The notes below the pieces were generated by a model. That model ran no database searches, was not told the origin of the DNA, and saw only the letters and a program-made list of their open reading frames with translations. Position numbers and translations under genes: made by a program. From Alphaproteobacteria bacterium (GTDB taxonomy: Bacteria; Pseudomonadota; Alphaproteobacteria; UBA828): a stretch of 64,000 nt of DNA. Numbering within the stretch: position 1 is the first letter of the stretch; the number at the start of each line of letters is the position of its first letter. Below, piece after piece: positions 9,718 to 19,893 of the stretch. Where the stretch lies: assembly GCA_965221125.1 (NCBI GenBank), contig CBDCRW010000006.1:858750-922749 (forward strand), given 5' to 3'.

Positions 9718-11415
9718 ATGGACATGGTGACGATGAACATCATCGATTCGTCGATGGTGTCGATCTGCCGGGAAATGGGGATCACCCTGATGAAGACGTC
9801 GTACTCGACGATCTTCAACGAGGGCCTCGACTTCACCTGCGCCATCGCGGACACCGACGGCGAGATGGTCTCGGTCGCCGAGTTCTGCCCCGCGCAGATC
9901 GGCGGAATGCCGCTCCTCATCAAGACCTGCGCCGAGGAAATCCCGATCGACCAGATCGAGGAAGGCGACGTCATCATCCACAACGACCCCTACCGCGGCG
10001 GCCTGCACGTGCCCGAGCACACGCTGTTCAAGCCGGTCTATGCCGACGGCAAGCTCCTGGCGTTCGTGGTCGCCATCGGCCACATCGCCGAGGTCGGCGG
10101 CATGGTCCCCGGCGGCTTCGCCGGCGAGGCGACGGAGATCTTCCACGAGGGCGTGCGCGTGCCGCCGGTGAAGATCATGAAGCGCGGCCAGGACGTGGAT
10201 TCGGTCTGGAAGCTGATCCTCGCGAACGTGCGCACGCCCCGCTACAACTACGGCGACCTCCGCGCCATGATCGGGGCGCTCGACCTCGGCGAGGCGCGCC
10301 TGAAGGAGATGGTGGCGAAGTACGGCCGCGACGTCTGGCAGGACACCTGCCACGACCTCATGGACTATTCGGAGCGCCGCATGCGCGCCGAGATCGCGCA
10401 GTTCCCCGACGGCCGCTACCACTTCGAGGACACCGTGGAGAACGACGGGATCGAGGACAAGCCCTACCAGCTCAGGGTCGACGTCTTCGTGCAGGGCGAC
10501 GAGCTGATCGCCGACTTCTCCGGCACCGACGACCAGGCCAAGGGGCCGATCAACGCGACCCTCGGCGTCACCTGGTCGGCGACATACAACGCGCTCTTCC
10601 ACATGACCGACCCGTCGATTCCGAAGAACTCGGGCTGCTTCCGCCCGATCAAGATCGTGGCGCGGCCCGGCACGGTCGCCAATGTCGACTACCCGGCGCC
10701 CGAGGTGGCGGGCAACACGGAGACCCATCCCCGGCTCGCGCTGATCGTCATCGGCGCGCTCGCTCAGGGCGCGCCCGAGCGCGCGATGGCGGCGGAGAGC
10801 GGCACCGGCGGCAACTTCGTCTTCGGCGGCCACCACCCCGACTACGACGAGTATTTCGCCTGCTACGACCTGATCTCCGGCGGCTGGGGCGGGCGCGACT
10901 TCGCCGACGGCAACGACTGCGTGATCGCGATCAACGGCAACTGCCGCTTCAACCCGGTCGAGGTATTCGAGACCCGCTTCCCCTTCCAGGTGGAGGACTT
11001 CGCGATGACGCCCAATTCCGGCGGCCCCGGCCGCCACCGCGGCGGGCTCGGCTACCGCAAGACGCTGCGTACGCTCTCGGCCGAGATCACCGCGAGCCAG
11101 TGCACCGATAGGCACCGGATCAAGACCTGGGGTCTCTTCGGCGGCAAGGAGGGCGCGGTCGGCGCGACGCTGGTCCGCCCCGAAGGCGCGGACGACTGGC
11201 GCCCTGTCACCGAGACCCACGGCAAGGCGTCCTCCTCCAAGTACGCCAACATCCGCCTCCGCCCCGGCGACCGGGTGCGGCTGATCGTGCCGGGCGGCGG
11301 CGGCTACGGCGAGCCTAGGGAGCGCGCGCGCGAGGCCGTGGAAGAGGACCTGGCGGAGGGCTACATCACGCCCGAAGAGGCAAGCCAGGCGTACGGCTAC
11401 GTCGCGGACGCCTGA
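9718..11415 (+). CDS. hydantoinase B / oxoprolinase family protein
   Basis: TSYSTIFNEGLDF, HNDPYRGGLHVPE, GHIAEVGGMVPG, SGGPGRHRGG, PGGGGYGEP. Confidence 0.92.
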   Translation: MDMVTMNIIDSSMVSICREMGITLMKTSYSTIFNEGLDFTCAIADTDGEMVSVAEFCPAQIGGMPLLIKTCAEEIPIDQIEEGDVIIHNDPYRGGLHVPEHTLFKPVYADGKLLAFVVAIGHIAEVGGMVPGGFAGEATEIFHEGVRVPPVKIMKRGQDVDSVWKLILANVRTPRYNYGDLRAMIGALDLGEARLKEMVAKYGRDVWQDTCHDLMDYSERRMRAEIAQFPDGRYHFEDTVENDGIEDKPYQLRVDVFVQGDELIADFSGTDDQAKGPINATLGVTWSATYNALFHMTDPSIPKNSGCFRPIKIVARPGTVANVDYPAPEVAGNTETHPRLALIVIGALAQGAPERAMAAESGTGGNFVFGGHHPDYDEYFACYDLISGGWGGRDFADGNDCVIAINGNCRFNPVEVFETRFPFQVEDFAMTPNSGGPGRHRGGLGYRKTLRTLSAEITASQCTDRHRIKTWGLFGGKEGAVGATLVRPEGADDWRPVTETHGKASSSKYANIRLRPGDRVRLIVPGGGGYGEPRERAREAVEEDLAEGYITPEEASQAYGYVADA

Positions 11416-11434
11416 GGCCGGCGAACGGCTGCCG

Positions 11435-12442
11435 TCACGGCGCTGGCAAGGCCTCGTCCAAGAAGCGCACGATCTGTCCGTCGATCCCGGCGAGGAAGGC
11501 GCGCCGGTCGAAGCCCGCGGGATCGTGCGCCGGCCTGCCGACGCTCCCGACCAGAGCGGCGGGGAACGGCGAAATGAACGCGAAGTGGTGTGCGGCCGGA
11601 TGGACCACGAGTTGCGCGCTATCCCCCAGCAGAGTCGCGACGTTGTCGGCGTGCCACGGCCTGCGCAGGACCCGATCCCGGCCGAGACGATGGATCTGCG
11701 CCGGCACGTCGACGCTTGCGAAAGCGCCCGCGCCGAACAACGCGCCGACCGGCGCCACGGCCACGACGGCGGCGATCCGCCGGTCCGAGAGGTCGGGCAT
11801 GACATCCTCGACGGGCATGGGCGTATCGTCGGGCACACCGGGCCGGCCGTAGGCGCAAAACTCCGAATCCTCCGCGCGCCGCTCGGTGCAGTGGCGCGTG
11901 AGCACAGCCATGTCTGCCCGTCCGCCGATCAGGGCAAGCACGCTGTAGCCGCCGGCCGAATGTCCGACGGCGCCGATGCGCGCCGGGTCGATGCGGGGGC
12001 CGAATAGGTCGTCGCCCAATAGCCGATCCAGCACCGCGCTCAGCTGGCGCGGGCGGCGGCGCCAGTTCGCGGACGTGCCGCTATGGCGGCCGTCGCGCCA
12101 ACTGTCGCCGGCGTGTTCCGGCGCCGCCACGATATAGCCGGCCTCGACCAAGCGGATTGCCGTGTCGCGGTGGTTGAAACGGCCACCGCCGGTCCCGTGC
12201 GAGATGAGGACGAGGCCGTGCCGCCCGCCGCCGACCGGCGCGTCCCGGCTCGCGGCCATGGTGAACGGCCCGACGGCGGTCTGCCCGGACGCAGCGCCGG
12301 CCGGATACCAGAGCGCGACGCGCAGCCGCTCGCCCCCGGCCTCGGCGTGGATGTCGCGAAAGCCCACGCCCTCGGCGTTGGCGCTGGCGGCAGCGATCAT
12401 GACCCCAAGGGCGAGCGTGGCGAGAAATCTCATCGGCTGCAT
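11435..12442 (-). CDS. secreted alpha/beta hydrolase (dienelactone hydrolase-like)
   Basis: Signal peptide, LWYP, ISHGTGG, nucleophile elbow GHSAGG, HHFAFI. Start uncertain (12433-12475). Confidence 0.8.
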   Translation of the reverse strand: MQPMRFLATLALGVMIAAASANAEGVGFRDIHAEAGGERLRVALWYPAGAASGQTAVGPFTMAASRDAPVGGGRHGLVLISHGTGGGRFNHRDTAIRLVEAGYIVAAPEHAGDSWRDGRHSGTSANWRRRPRQLSAVLDRLLGDDLFGPRIDPARIGAVGHSAGGYSVLALIGGRADMAVLTRHCTERRAEDSEFCAYGRPGVPDDTPMPVEDVMPDLSDRRIAAVVAVAPVGALFGAGAFASVDVPAQIHRLGRDRVLRRPWHADNVATLLGDSAQLVVHPAAHHFAFISPFPAALVGSVGRPAHDPAGFDRRAFLAGIDGQIVRFLDEALPAP

Positions 12443-12567
12443 CCTGCCATGGTGGACCGCTCGCCGCATCGTCACCCGCCGCGAAGATGTTATGCTCGCC
12501 CGGCATTCGGCGGCGGGGCGAGGCCTGCTTGCGTGCCCGGCCTTTTCCGCGACAATCGGCGAGGCGC

Positions 12568-14205
12568 ATGAGCCGGGAATCGATGGAATACGACGTGGTG
12601 ATCGTGGGTGCGGGCCCCGCCGGGCTCGCCGCCGCGATACGGCTGCGCCAGCTCGCCGAGGAGAGCGGGCGGGAGGTATCCGTCACCGTGCTCGAGAAGG
12701 GCTCGGAGGTGGGCGCGCACATCCTCTCCGGCGCCGTCTTCGAGCCGCGCGCGCTGGACGAGCTGATCCCGGACTGGAAGGAGAAGGGCGCGCCGCTCAA
12801 CACGCCGGCGCGGGCCGACGAGTTCCGTTACCTCACCGCGAAGGGCGGCATCCGCATGCCCGGCGCGCTGCTGCCGCCGCAGATGCGCAACCACGGCAAT
12901 TACATCATCAGCCTCGGCAATCTCTGCCGCTGGCTGGGTCAGCAGGCGGAAGAGCTGGGCGTCGAGATCTACCCCGGCTTCGCCGCCGCCGAGGTGCTCT
13001 ACCACGAGGACGGCCGGGTCAAGGGCGTCGCCACCGGCGACATGGGCATCGCGAGCGACGGCAGCCGGAAGGCGAGCTACGAGCCGGGCGTGGAGCTGCA
13101 CGCGAAGTACACGCTGTTCGCCGAGGGCGCGCGCGGCTCGCTCACCAAGCAGCTGGCCGAGCGCTTCGACCTGCGCGCACGCTCGGACCCGCAGACCTAC
13201 GGCATCGGTCTCAAGGAGGTCTGGGAGATCGAGCCCGGCAAGCACAGGCCGGGGCTGATCCAGCACAGCTTCGGCTGGCCGCTGGATCGCCGCACCTACG
13301 GCGGCTCCTTCCTCTATCACTTCGACGAGAACCTGGTCTCGATCGGCTTCGTCGTGGCACTCGACTACGAGAACCCGCACCTCTCGCCCTTCGACGAGTT
13401 CCAGCGCTTCAAGACCCACCCGCTCATCCGCCCCACGCTGGAGGACGGCGAGCGGCTGGCCTACGGCGCGCGCGCGATCAACGAGGGCGGATACCAGTCG
13501 ATTCCGGAGACCGTGTTTCCCGGCGGCGCCCTGATCGGCTGCGCCGCGGGCTTCCTCAACGTGCCCAAGATCAAGGGCAGCCACAACGCGATGAAGAGCG
13601 GCGCGCTGGCGGCGGAGGCGGCGTTCGCCGCGCTGGGCGAGGCCGATGACGGCACCGGGCCGCTCGAGGCCTATCCGGCGGCGCTTCGCCGCTCCTGGGT
13701 GGTGAAGGAGCTCAAGCAGGTCAGGAACTGCCGTCCCGCGTTCCGCTGGGGGCTCGCCGTCGGCACCGCGGTCAGCTTCATCGAGCTTTGGACGGGCGGC
13801 GTGCTGCCCTGGACCCTGCGCCATCGGCACGACCACGAGAGCCTGAAGAGGGCGGCCGATGCGCCGAAGATCGCCTACCCGAAGCCGGACGGCGTCGTCT
13901 CCTTTGACAAGCCGAGTTCGGTCTACCTGTCCAACACGAATCACGAAGAGGACCAGCCCGCGCACCTGACGCTCAAGGACGAGGGCGTGCCGATCGCGGT
14001 GAATCTCGCGCTCTACGACGCGCCGGAGCAGCGCTACTGCCCGGCCGGCGTCTACGAAATCGTGGAAGATGCCGGCCCGCCGCGCCTGCAGATCAACGCG
14101 CAGAACTGCGTGCACTGCAAGACCTGCGACATCAAGGACCCCACGCAGAACATCGAGTGGGTGGTACCCGAAGGCGGTGGCGGCCCCAACTATGCCAACA
14201 TGTAG
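12568..14205 (+). CDS. electron transfer flavoprotein-ubiquinone oxidoreductase
   Basis: GAGPAG FAD motif, [15 protein letters not shown]-terminal [16 protein letters not shown] 4Fe-4S motif. Confidence 0.97.
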   Translation: MSRESMEYDVVIVGAGPAGLAAAIRLRQLAEESGREVSVTVLEKGSEVGAHILSGAVFEPRALDELIPDWKEKGAPLNTPARADEFRYLTAKGGIRMPGALLPPQMRNHGNYIISLGNLCRWLGQQAEELGVEIYPGFAAAEVLYHEDGRVKGVATGDMGIASDGSRKASYEPGVELHAKYTLFAEGARGSLTKQLAERFDLRARSDPQTYGIGLKEVWEIEPGKHRPGLIQHSFGWPLDRRTYGGSFLYHFDENLVSIGFVVALDYENPHLSPFDEFQRFKTHPLIRPTLEDGERLAYGARAINEGGYQSIPETVFPGGALIGCAAGFLNVPKIKGSHNAMKSGALAAEAAFAALGEADDGTGPLEAYPAALRRSWVVKELKQVRNCRPAFRWGLAVGTAVSFIELWTGGVLPWTLRHRHDHESLKRAADAPKIAYPKPDGVVSFDKPSSVYLSNTNHEEDQPAHLTLKDEGVPIAVNLALYDAPEQRYCPAGVYEIVEDAGPPRLQINAQNCVHCKTCDIKDPTQNIEWVVPEGGGGPNYANM

Positions 14206-14251
14206 GGCAGGGGGCGGGGCGTCTGAACGAGGGCGCGGCAGGAGCGGCTGG

Positions 14252-15976
14252 GTGCAGGGCGCGCTCGCCGCCTGTCTGATCGGCGGTGTCTGCGTCGGCG
14301 GCGCGGTGGCGGCCGAGGAGGAGGCCCCGCCCTTGCCGCCTGAGCCCTCGGCCAGCGCCTACCGGCTCGACGGCTCGCCGATCGGAAGCTACCTGGCCGG
14401 GCGCTACGCCCATGCCCGCGGCGACTACGCCGCGGCGGCCCGGCACCTGCGGCGTGTCCTGGATACGGATCCCGACAACCCCTCGCTGTTGCGCCGCACC
14501 GTGTCCCTGCTGGTCGCCGAGGGTCGGATCGAGGATGCCGCCGAACTTGCCCGCCGGCTCGTCGGCATCCTTGACGATGCACGCCTGGCCCGCTTCGTTC
14601 TCGCGCTGCAGGAGGCCCGCACCGGAGACTACGAAGGCGCTCTGGAGCGCATCGACGAGATATCCCCGGACGGCGTCTATTCCCTTCTGGTCCCGCTTGC
14701 CGAGGGATGGCTGCACGCCGGGTCCGGGGCGGATACAGCGGGGCTGGCGGCGCTCGCGCCGCTGGCCGAGCGCGATTCGTACCGGCCCTTCTACCTCCTC
14801 CATGCCGGCCTGATGCACGATCTGGCGGGCCGCGAGGCGGACGCAGAGGCTCTATTGCGCGAGGCCGTGGCAACCTCCGGCGGCTCGCACCGGCCGGTGG
14901 CGGCGCTCGGCAGCGTGCTGATGCGGGCCGGGCGCGCCGTCGAGGCCCGTGCGGTCTACGCGGAGTATCGTGCGCAAAACCCGGAGAACATCTGGGCCGA
15001 GCGTATGCTCGCGGCTTCCCATGCCGGCATGTCGGTGCCGCCGCTCGTCCGTGACGCCCGCGGCGGGCTGGCGGAGGCCCTGCTCGGCGCGGCGGCCGCC
15101 CTGCCGCAGCGGGACAACGGCGATGCCGCCCTGATCTTTGCGCGCCTCGCTCTCTACCTCCACGACGAGCTGGACACCGTCCGCTTCCTGATCGGCGAGA
15201 TTCTGGACGAAGCCGAGCGGCTGGAGGATGCGGTGGACGCCTACCTGTCCATTCCCGCCGGCTCGGACTACGCCTGGGCCGCGCGGCTTCGTGCGGCGTC
15301 CGACCTCGCGGACCTCGGTCGCCATGACGAAGCGGTTGCCGCCCTGCGCGCGATGATGGAAGAGCGGCCCGAGCGCATCGACGCGGCATCCGCGCTCGGC
15401 GACGTCTTCAGGGTGGACGAGCGCTATGACGAGGCTGCGGCGGCTTACGACATCGCCGTCGGGCGGATCGCGAACGTCGAGAACCAGCACTGGCGCCTGT
15501 TCTACGTGCGCGGCATCGCCTTCGAGCGCGTCGGCGAGTGGCCCAGGGCCGAGGCCGACTTCCTGCGTGCGCTGGAGCTGGAGCCGGACCAGCCTCTGGT
15601 TCTCAACTATCTCGGCTATTCCTGGGTGGAGCAGGAGCGCAATCTCGACGAGGCCAAGACCATGATCGAGAAGGCGGTCGAGCTCAGGCCGGACGACGGC
15701 TACATCGTCGACAGTCTCGGCTGGGTAGCCTACAGGCTGGGCGACTTCGAGGAGGCCGCCCGGCAGCTGGAGCTGGCGGTCGAGCTGGTGCCCGGCGATC
15801 CGATCATCAACGATCATCTGGGCGACGCGTACTGGCAGGTGGGCCGGCTGAACGAGGCCCGGTTCCAGTGGCGGCGCGTGCTCACCCTCGAGCCCGAGGA
15901 CGAGCTCGCCGACCAGGTCCGGCGCAAGCTCACGGGCGGGCTTTCCGCAGGCGCAGAGGCGGACGAAGCGGAATAG
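14252..15976 (+). CDS. exported tetratricopeptide repeat protein
   Basis: GSYLAGR, multiple TPRs (VLNYLGYSW, GYIVDSLGW, INDHLGDAYW). Lies in the usual ETF-QO-TPR-ispE order. Start uncertain. Confidence 0.88.
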   Translation: MQGALAACLIGGVCVGGAVAAEEEAPPLPPEPSASAYRLDGSPIGSYLAGRYAHARGDYAAAARHLRRVLDTDPDNPSLLRRTVSLLVAEGRIEDAAELARRLVGILDDARLARFVLALQEARTGDYEGALERIDEISPDGVYSLLVPLAEGWLHAGSGADTAGLAALAPLAERDSYRPFYLLHAGLMHDLAGREADAEALLREAVATSGGSHRPVAALGSVLMRAGRAVEARAVYAEYRAQNPENIWAERMLAASHAGMSVPPLVRDARGGLAEALLGAAAALPQRDNGDAALIFARLALYLHDELDTVRFLIGEILDEAERLEDAVDAYLSIPAGSDYAWAARLRAASDLADLGRHDEAVAALRAMMEERPERIDAASALGDVFRVDERYDEAAAAYDIAVGRIANVENQHWRLFYVRGIAFERVGEWPRAEADFLRALELEPDQPLVLNYLGYSWVEQERNLDEAKTMIEKAVELRPDDGYIVDSLGWVAYRLGDFEEAARQLELAVELVPGDPIINDHLGDAYWQVGRLNEARFQWRRVLTLEPEDELADQVRRKLTGGLSAGAEADEAE

Positions 15977-15977
15977 C

Positions 15978-16859
15978 GTGCCAGCAGAGACTAGGGTCGG
16001 GGCGCCGGCCAAGCTCAACCTCTATCTCCACGTGACCGGCCGCCGCGCCGACGGCTATCACGAGTTGGACAGCCTCGTCACCTTCACGGCGCTGGCGGAC
16101 ACGCTGGAGATCGCGCCGGCCGACTCCCTCGACCTCGTCGTGAAGGGGCCGTTCGCCGCTGCGCTGGATGCCGGCGACAATCTCGCGGCGCGGGCCGCGA
16201 CCGCGCTGGCCGAGAAAGTGGGCCGCTCCGCCGGCGTCCGGATCACGCTCGACAAGCGCATCCCGGTCGCGGCCGGCCTCGGCGGCGGCTCGGCCGATGC
16301 GGCGGCGGTGCTGCGCGGCCTCGCGCGGCTGTGGCGGCTCGGCCCGGAGCACGCGGGCGATCTGCAGGAGGTCGCGCTGAGCCTCGGCGCCGACGTGCCG
16401 GTCTGCCTCGATTCGCGCGCGGCCCACATGGCCGGCATCGGCGAGGCATTGAGCGCGCCGCCCTGCCTGCCGCCATGCGGCGTGCTCCTGGTCAATCCGG
16501 GTGTGGCGGTGCCAACCGGGGCCGTCTTCGCGGCGCGGCGCGGGCCGTTCTCGGCCGCGGACCCTATAGACATAGCGCCGCAGGACGCAGCGGCGCTTGC
16601 GGCGCTGCTGCGCGCCCGGCGCAACGATCTGGAGCAGCCGGCTCTGGCACAGGCGCCCGAGATCGGCCGCGTGCTGACACGCCTCGCAAGAGCGCCGGGC
16701 TGCCTGCTGGCCCGCATGTCCGGCTCCGGCGGCACCTGCTTCGGCCTGTTCGACGACGAGGCGGCGGCAGCGGGCGCGGCCAGCGCCATCGCACGCGACC
16801 GTCCATCCTGGTGGGTCGAGCCGACACGGCTCGTGCATGACGGGGCGAAAGAGCTGTGA
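15978..16859 (+). CDS. ispE: 4-diphosphocytidyl-2-C-methyl-D-erythritol kinase
   Basis: APAKLNLYLHV, KRIPVAAGLGGGSADAA, LGADVP, RMSGSG. Confidence 0.97.
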   Translation: MPAETRVGAPAKLNLYLHVTGRRADGYHELDSLVTFTALADTLEIAPADSLDLVVKGPFAAALDAGDNLAARAATALAEKVGRSAGVRITLDKRIPVAAGLGGGSADAAAVLRGLARLWRLGPEHAGDLQEVALSLGADVPVCLDSRAAHMAGIGEALSAPPCLPPCGVLLVNPGVAVPTGAVFAARRGPFSAADPIDIAPQDAAALAALLRARRNDLEQPALAQAPEIGRVLTRLARAPGCLLARMSGSGGTCFGLFDDEAAAAGAASAIARDRPSWWVEPTRLVHDGAKEL

Positions 16860-16872
16860 AGCGAGGGAGCGT

Positions 16873-17331
16873 TCAGGGCGGCAGGCGCACCGTCTCCAGC
16901 CAGTGGGCCTTCACGACCTGCGCGACCGAGACCATGTCGTCGAAGGCCGACGGCTTGACCATGTAGGCATTCGCGCCCAAGGCGTAGCTCGCCGCGATAT
17001 CCCGTTCCTCGTCCGAGGTGGTCAGGATCACCACGGGGATTTGGGAGAGCTCCGGCTCCTCGCGCAGGCGCTCCAGCACCTCGGTGCCGTTGATCTTCGG
17101 CATGTTGAGGTCGAGCAGGATCAGGCTCGGCCGGGGCGCCGCCGCCGGATCGGCGTAGTCGCCCTCGTGCTTGAGGTAGTCCATCAGCTCGGCGCCGTCG
17201 TGGACGACGTAGAGCGGACACGTGATGTCCGCCTTGCGCAGCGCCTTCTCGGTAAGCAGGCAGTCGCCGGGGTCGTCGTCCGCCATCAGGAGGACGGTGC
17301 TGTCTGCGGTATCGGCTCTCGCCATCCTCAT
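16873..17331 (-). CDS. single-domain response regulator (Rcp1-like receiver)
   Basis: MADDD, LILLDLNMPK, PVVILTTS, GANAYMVKP. No output domain. Confidence 0.92.
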   Translation of the reverse strand: MRMARADTADSTVLLMADDDPGDCLLTEKALRKADITCPLYVVHDGAELMDYLKHEGDYADPAAAPRPSLILLDLNMPKINGTEVLERLREEPELSQIPVVILTTSDEERDIAASYALGANAYMVKPSAFDDMVSVAQVVKAHWLETVRLPP

Positions 17332-18245
17332 CCCCCGGGGGTTTGGGACTCGCCGGCAGCAGTGACAAGGCGCAGCGCCAAAGACGGAAACGCCGCGACC
17401 GCGCCGGCGAGCGCGCCGAATTCGATCGGCTTGGATACGAACGCCCGTCCGGCCTCTCCGGCGGAAGGCAGGCTCGCGGGGTCCGCCTTCGATGCGCTCA
17501 GCGCGACCACCGGCAGATCGTGCAGCGCCGGCGTCTCCGCGATCTCCGCGAGCACCTGGCGCCCGTCGATCTCGGCGCTGTCGAGGTCGAGCAGGACCAG
17601 ATCCGGCCGCGGCGCGCGCACGCCGGCGCCGAAGACGTGCCGCCCGTGCAGGTGGTCCATCAGGGCGGCGCGGTTCGTGACGTAGGTCAGCGGGGTGCCG
17701 AGGCCGGCGGCCTGCAAGGCCTTGGTCGCCTCCAGGCAGGCTTCGGGGTTGTCGTCCGCCATGACGATGACCGCGGGCCTGGGCTCGTCGCCCGAGTCCG
17801 CCGGCACCGCAAGCTCGTAGCTGCAGCTCTTGAGACGCAGCACCGCCTCGTGCAGCTTGGCGAAGGTCACCGGCTTCACCAGATAGGCGTAGGCGCCGAG
17901 GTTGTAGCTGCCGGAAATGTCCAGGCTGTCCTCCGAGGCCGTCAGGATGACGATCGGGATCTTTCTCAGCGCCGGCCGCAGGTTGATCTCCCAGAGCGAG
18001 TCCAGCCCAGCCATCTTGGGCATGTTGAGGTCGAGCAGGATCAGGTCCGGCCGCGGCGAGGAGGCAGGATCGGCGAACTTGCCGCTCCGCCCGAGATAGT
18101 CGAGCAGCTCCTGCCCGTCCTGCACGAAGCGCAGCTCGTTCGCGAGCCGCGCCTTCTGCAGCGTCTTCTTGGTCAGCAGGCAGTCTTCGGGATCGTCGTC
18201 CGCCATCAGGATCAGGACGGGCCTGGTGCCGGGTGCAGCGCTCAT
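17328..18245 (-). CDS. response regulator with two tandem receiver domains
   Basis: REC1: ADDD/LLDLNMPK/ILTAS/LVKP. REC2: ADDN/LLDLDS/ALSAS/VSKP. Confidence 0.88.
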   Translation of the reverse strand: MSAAPGTRPVLILMADDDPEDCLLTKKTLQKARLANELRFVQDGQELLDYLGRSGKFADPASSPRPDLILLDLNMPKMAGLDSLWEINLRPALRKIPIVILTASEDSLDISGSYNLGAYAYLVKPVTFAKLHEAVLRLKSCSYELAVPADSGDEPRPAVIVMADDNPEACLEATKALQAAGLGTPLTYVTNRAALMDHLHGRHVFGAGVRAPRPDLVLLDLDSAEIDGRQVLAEIAETPALHDLPVVALSASKADPASLPSAGEAGRAFVSKPIEFGALAGAVAAFPSLALRLVTAAGESQTPGG

Positions 18246-18252
18246 CGGCGCC

Positions 18253-19893
18253 TCACCGGGGCTGCCGCCGGGGCAGGGTCACCGTGAAGGTGGCGCCCTC
18301 GCCCGGTGTGCCGGAGGCCGTGATGCGGCCGTGATGGCGCAGGACGATCTTCTCGCAAATGGCGAGGCCGATTCCCGCGCCCTCGTACTGATGGCGCGCG
18401 TGCAGGCGCTTGAACGGCTGGAAGAGCTTGCCGCCCTGCGAGGAATCGAAGCCGATGCCGTTGTCCGCCACGACGATGGTATGCGCGGGCCCCGGTATCG
18501 CATCGAGCCGCTCCGCCCCCGCCGCCACTTTCACCGTGACGCGCGGCGCAACGCCCGGCCGGCGGAACTTGAGCGCGTTGCCGATGAGGTTGCGGAAGAG
18601 CTGCTCCATCTGGGTGCGGTCCGCCTCGACGGTGGGCGTGGCGTCAACCTCCACCTGACCGCCTGCCTCCTCCAGCGCGACCGAGAGGTCGGAAAGCACG
18701 GTGTCGAACACCTCGGCGAGCGCGAGGTCCTCGAAGGGCTGCGCCGCGGTGGTGACGCGGGAGAGCGCGAGCAGGTCGCTCACGAGCGTCTGCATCCGGG
18801 CCGCCGCGTCGGTCATGAAGTCGATGTACTGCTGGCCTTCGTCGTCGAGATTTTCTCGTTTCTCGTCCGCGAGCAGGGCGCCGAAGGCCCTGATCTTGCG
18901 CAGCGGCTCCTGCAGGTCGTGGGAGGCGACGTAGGCGAACTGCTCGAGCTCCTCGTTGGAGCGGGCGAGGTCGCGGGCGTGGCGCTCCAGCGCCTCCTTC
19001 GCCTGCTTCTGCTCGGTGATGTCGCGCACGACTCCCAGGATCCGCACCGGCGTGCCCGTCTCGTCGCGCACGAGGATCGAGCGAACGGCGACGGGGAAGA
19101 TCGACCCCTCCTTGCGGATGTATTCCTTCTCGTACTCGTCGGTGTAGCCGCGCGACATGAGCTGCCGGTCGACGATCTCGGCCTCCATCTCCGCCCAGCG
19201 GGCCGGCGTGAGCTGCTGGTAGGTCACGCCGATGAGCTCGTCGAGGTCGTAGCCCAGCATGTCGAGGTAGGCGGGGTTGGCCTCCTCGACGGGGCCGTCG
19301 AGGCCGACGAAGACCACGCCGTCGTGGCTGAGGTCGAAGAGGCCGCGATAGCGCTTCTCGGAGGCCTTGAGCGCCTCTTCCTTCTCCTTCAGCTCCGTGA
19401 TGTCGCGGACGATGCCCATGAAGCGGATCGGCCGCCCGTCCAGGTCCCGCACCAGGATGGTGCGCAGGCTGATGGGGGCGATCGAGCCGTCCTTGCGCAC
19501 GTACTCCTTCTCGTACTCGTCCGAGAAGCCGCGCTGCATCACCTGCGTCTCGATGATCTCCGCCTCGTCGGCGCGCCATTTCTCGGGCGTGAGGTCCTGG
19601 TAGGTGTGCGTGGTGATCTCGTCGCGGCCGTAGCCGACGAGGTCGAGATAGGCCTGGTTCATCTCCTCGATGTGGCCCTCGAGGTCGACGAAGACGATCC
19701 CGTCCCGGCTCATCTCGAAGAGGGCGCGGAACCTGTCCTCCGAGGTGCGGCCCGCATCGCGGGCGCTCCGGGCTTCCGCCAGCGCGTCCTCGAGCTGCGC
19801 AATCTGCTGCCGGAGCGCGCTCACGGTGTCGTCGGAGCGCGCCGGTGCGGCAGGTCGGGCCGTGGCCCGTGCCTCGGCCGTCTCAGCCGCCAT
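18253..19893 (-). CDS. cytoplasmic PAS-PAS sensor histidine kinase
   Basis: Two PAS/PAC repeats ending RDITE, H-box FAYVASHDLQEPLR, NLIGNALKF, DNGIG, GAGIGLAIC. No TM segments. Confidence 0.93.
   Translation of the reverse strand: MAAETAEARATARPAAPARSDDTVSALRQQIAQLEDALAEARSARDAGRTSEDRFRALFEMSRDGIVFVDLEGHIEEMNQAYLDLVGYGRDEITTHTYQDLTPEKWRADEAEIIETQVMQRGFSDEYEKEYVRKDGSIAPISLRTILVRDLDGRPIRFMGIVRDITELKEKEEALKASEKRYRGLFDLSHDGVVFVGLDGPVEEANPAYLDMLGYDLDELIGVTYQQLTPARWAEMEAEIVDRQLMSRGYTDEYEKEYIRKEGSIFPVAVRSILVRDETGTPVRILGVVRDITEQKQAKEALERHARDLARSNEELEQFAYVASHDLQEPLRKIRAFGALLADEKRENLDDEGQQYIDFMTDAAARMQTLVSDLLALSRVTTAAQPFEDLALAEVFDTVLSDLSVALEEAGGQVEVDATPTVEADRTQMEQLFRNLIGNALKFRRPGVAPRVTVKVAAGAERLDAIPGPAHTIVVADNGIGFDSSQGGKLFQPFKRLHARHQYEGAGIGLAICEKIVLRHHGRITASGTPGEGATFTVTLPRRQPR

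Noticed and set aside
9655-11838. 727-aa minus-strand ORF
   Set aside because: Antisense shadow of the hydantoinase B gene
12568-16859. ETF-QO/TPR/ispE as a novel system
   Set aside because: Common conserved gene order in Alphaproteobacteria
18253-19893. Phytochrome or LOV photoreceptor
   Set aside because: No GAF/PHY domains and no GxNCRFLQ motif
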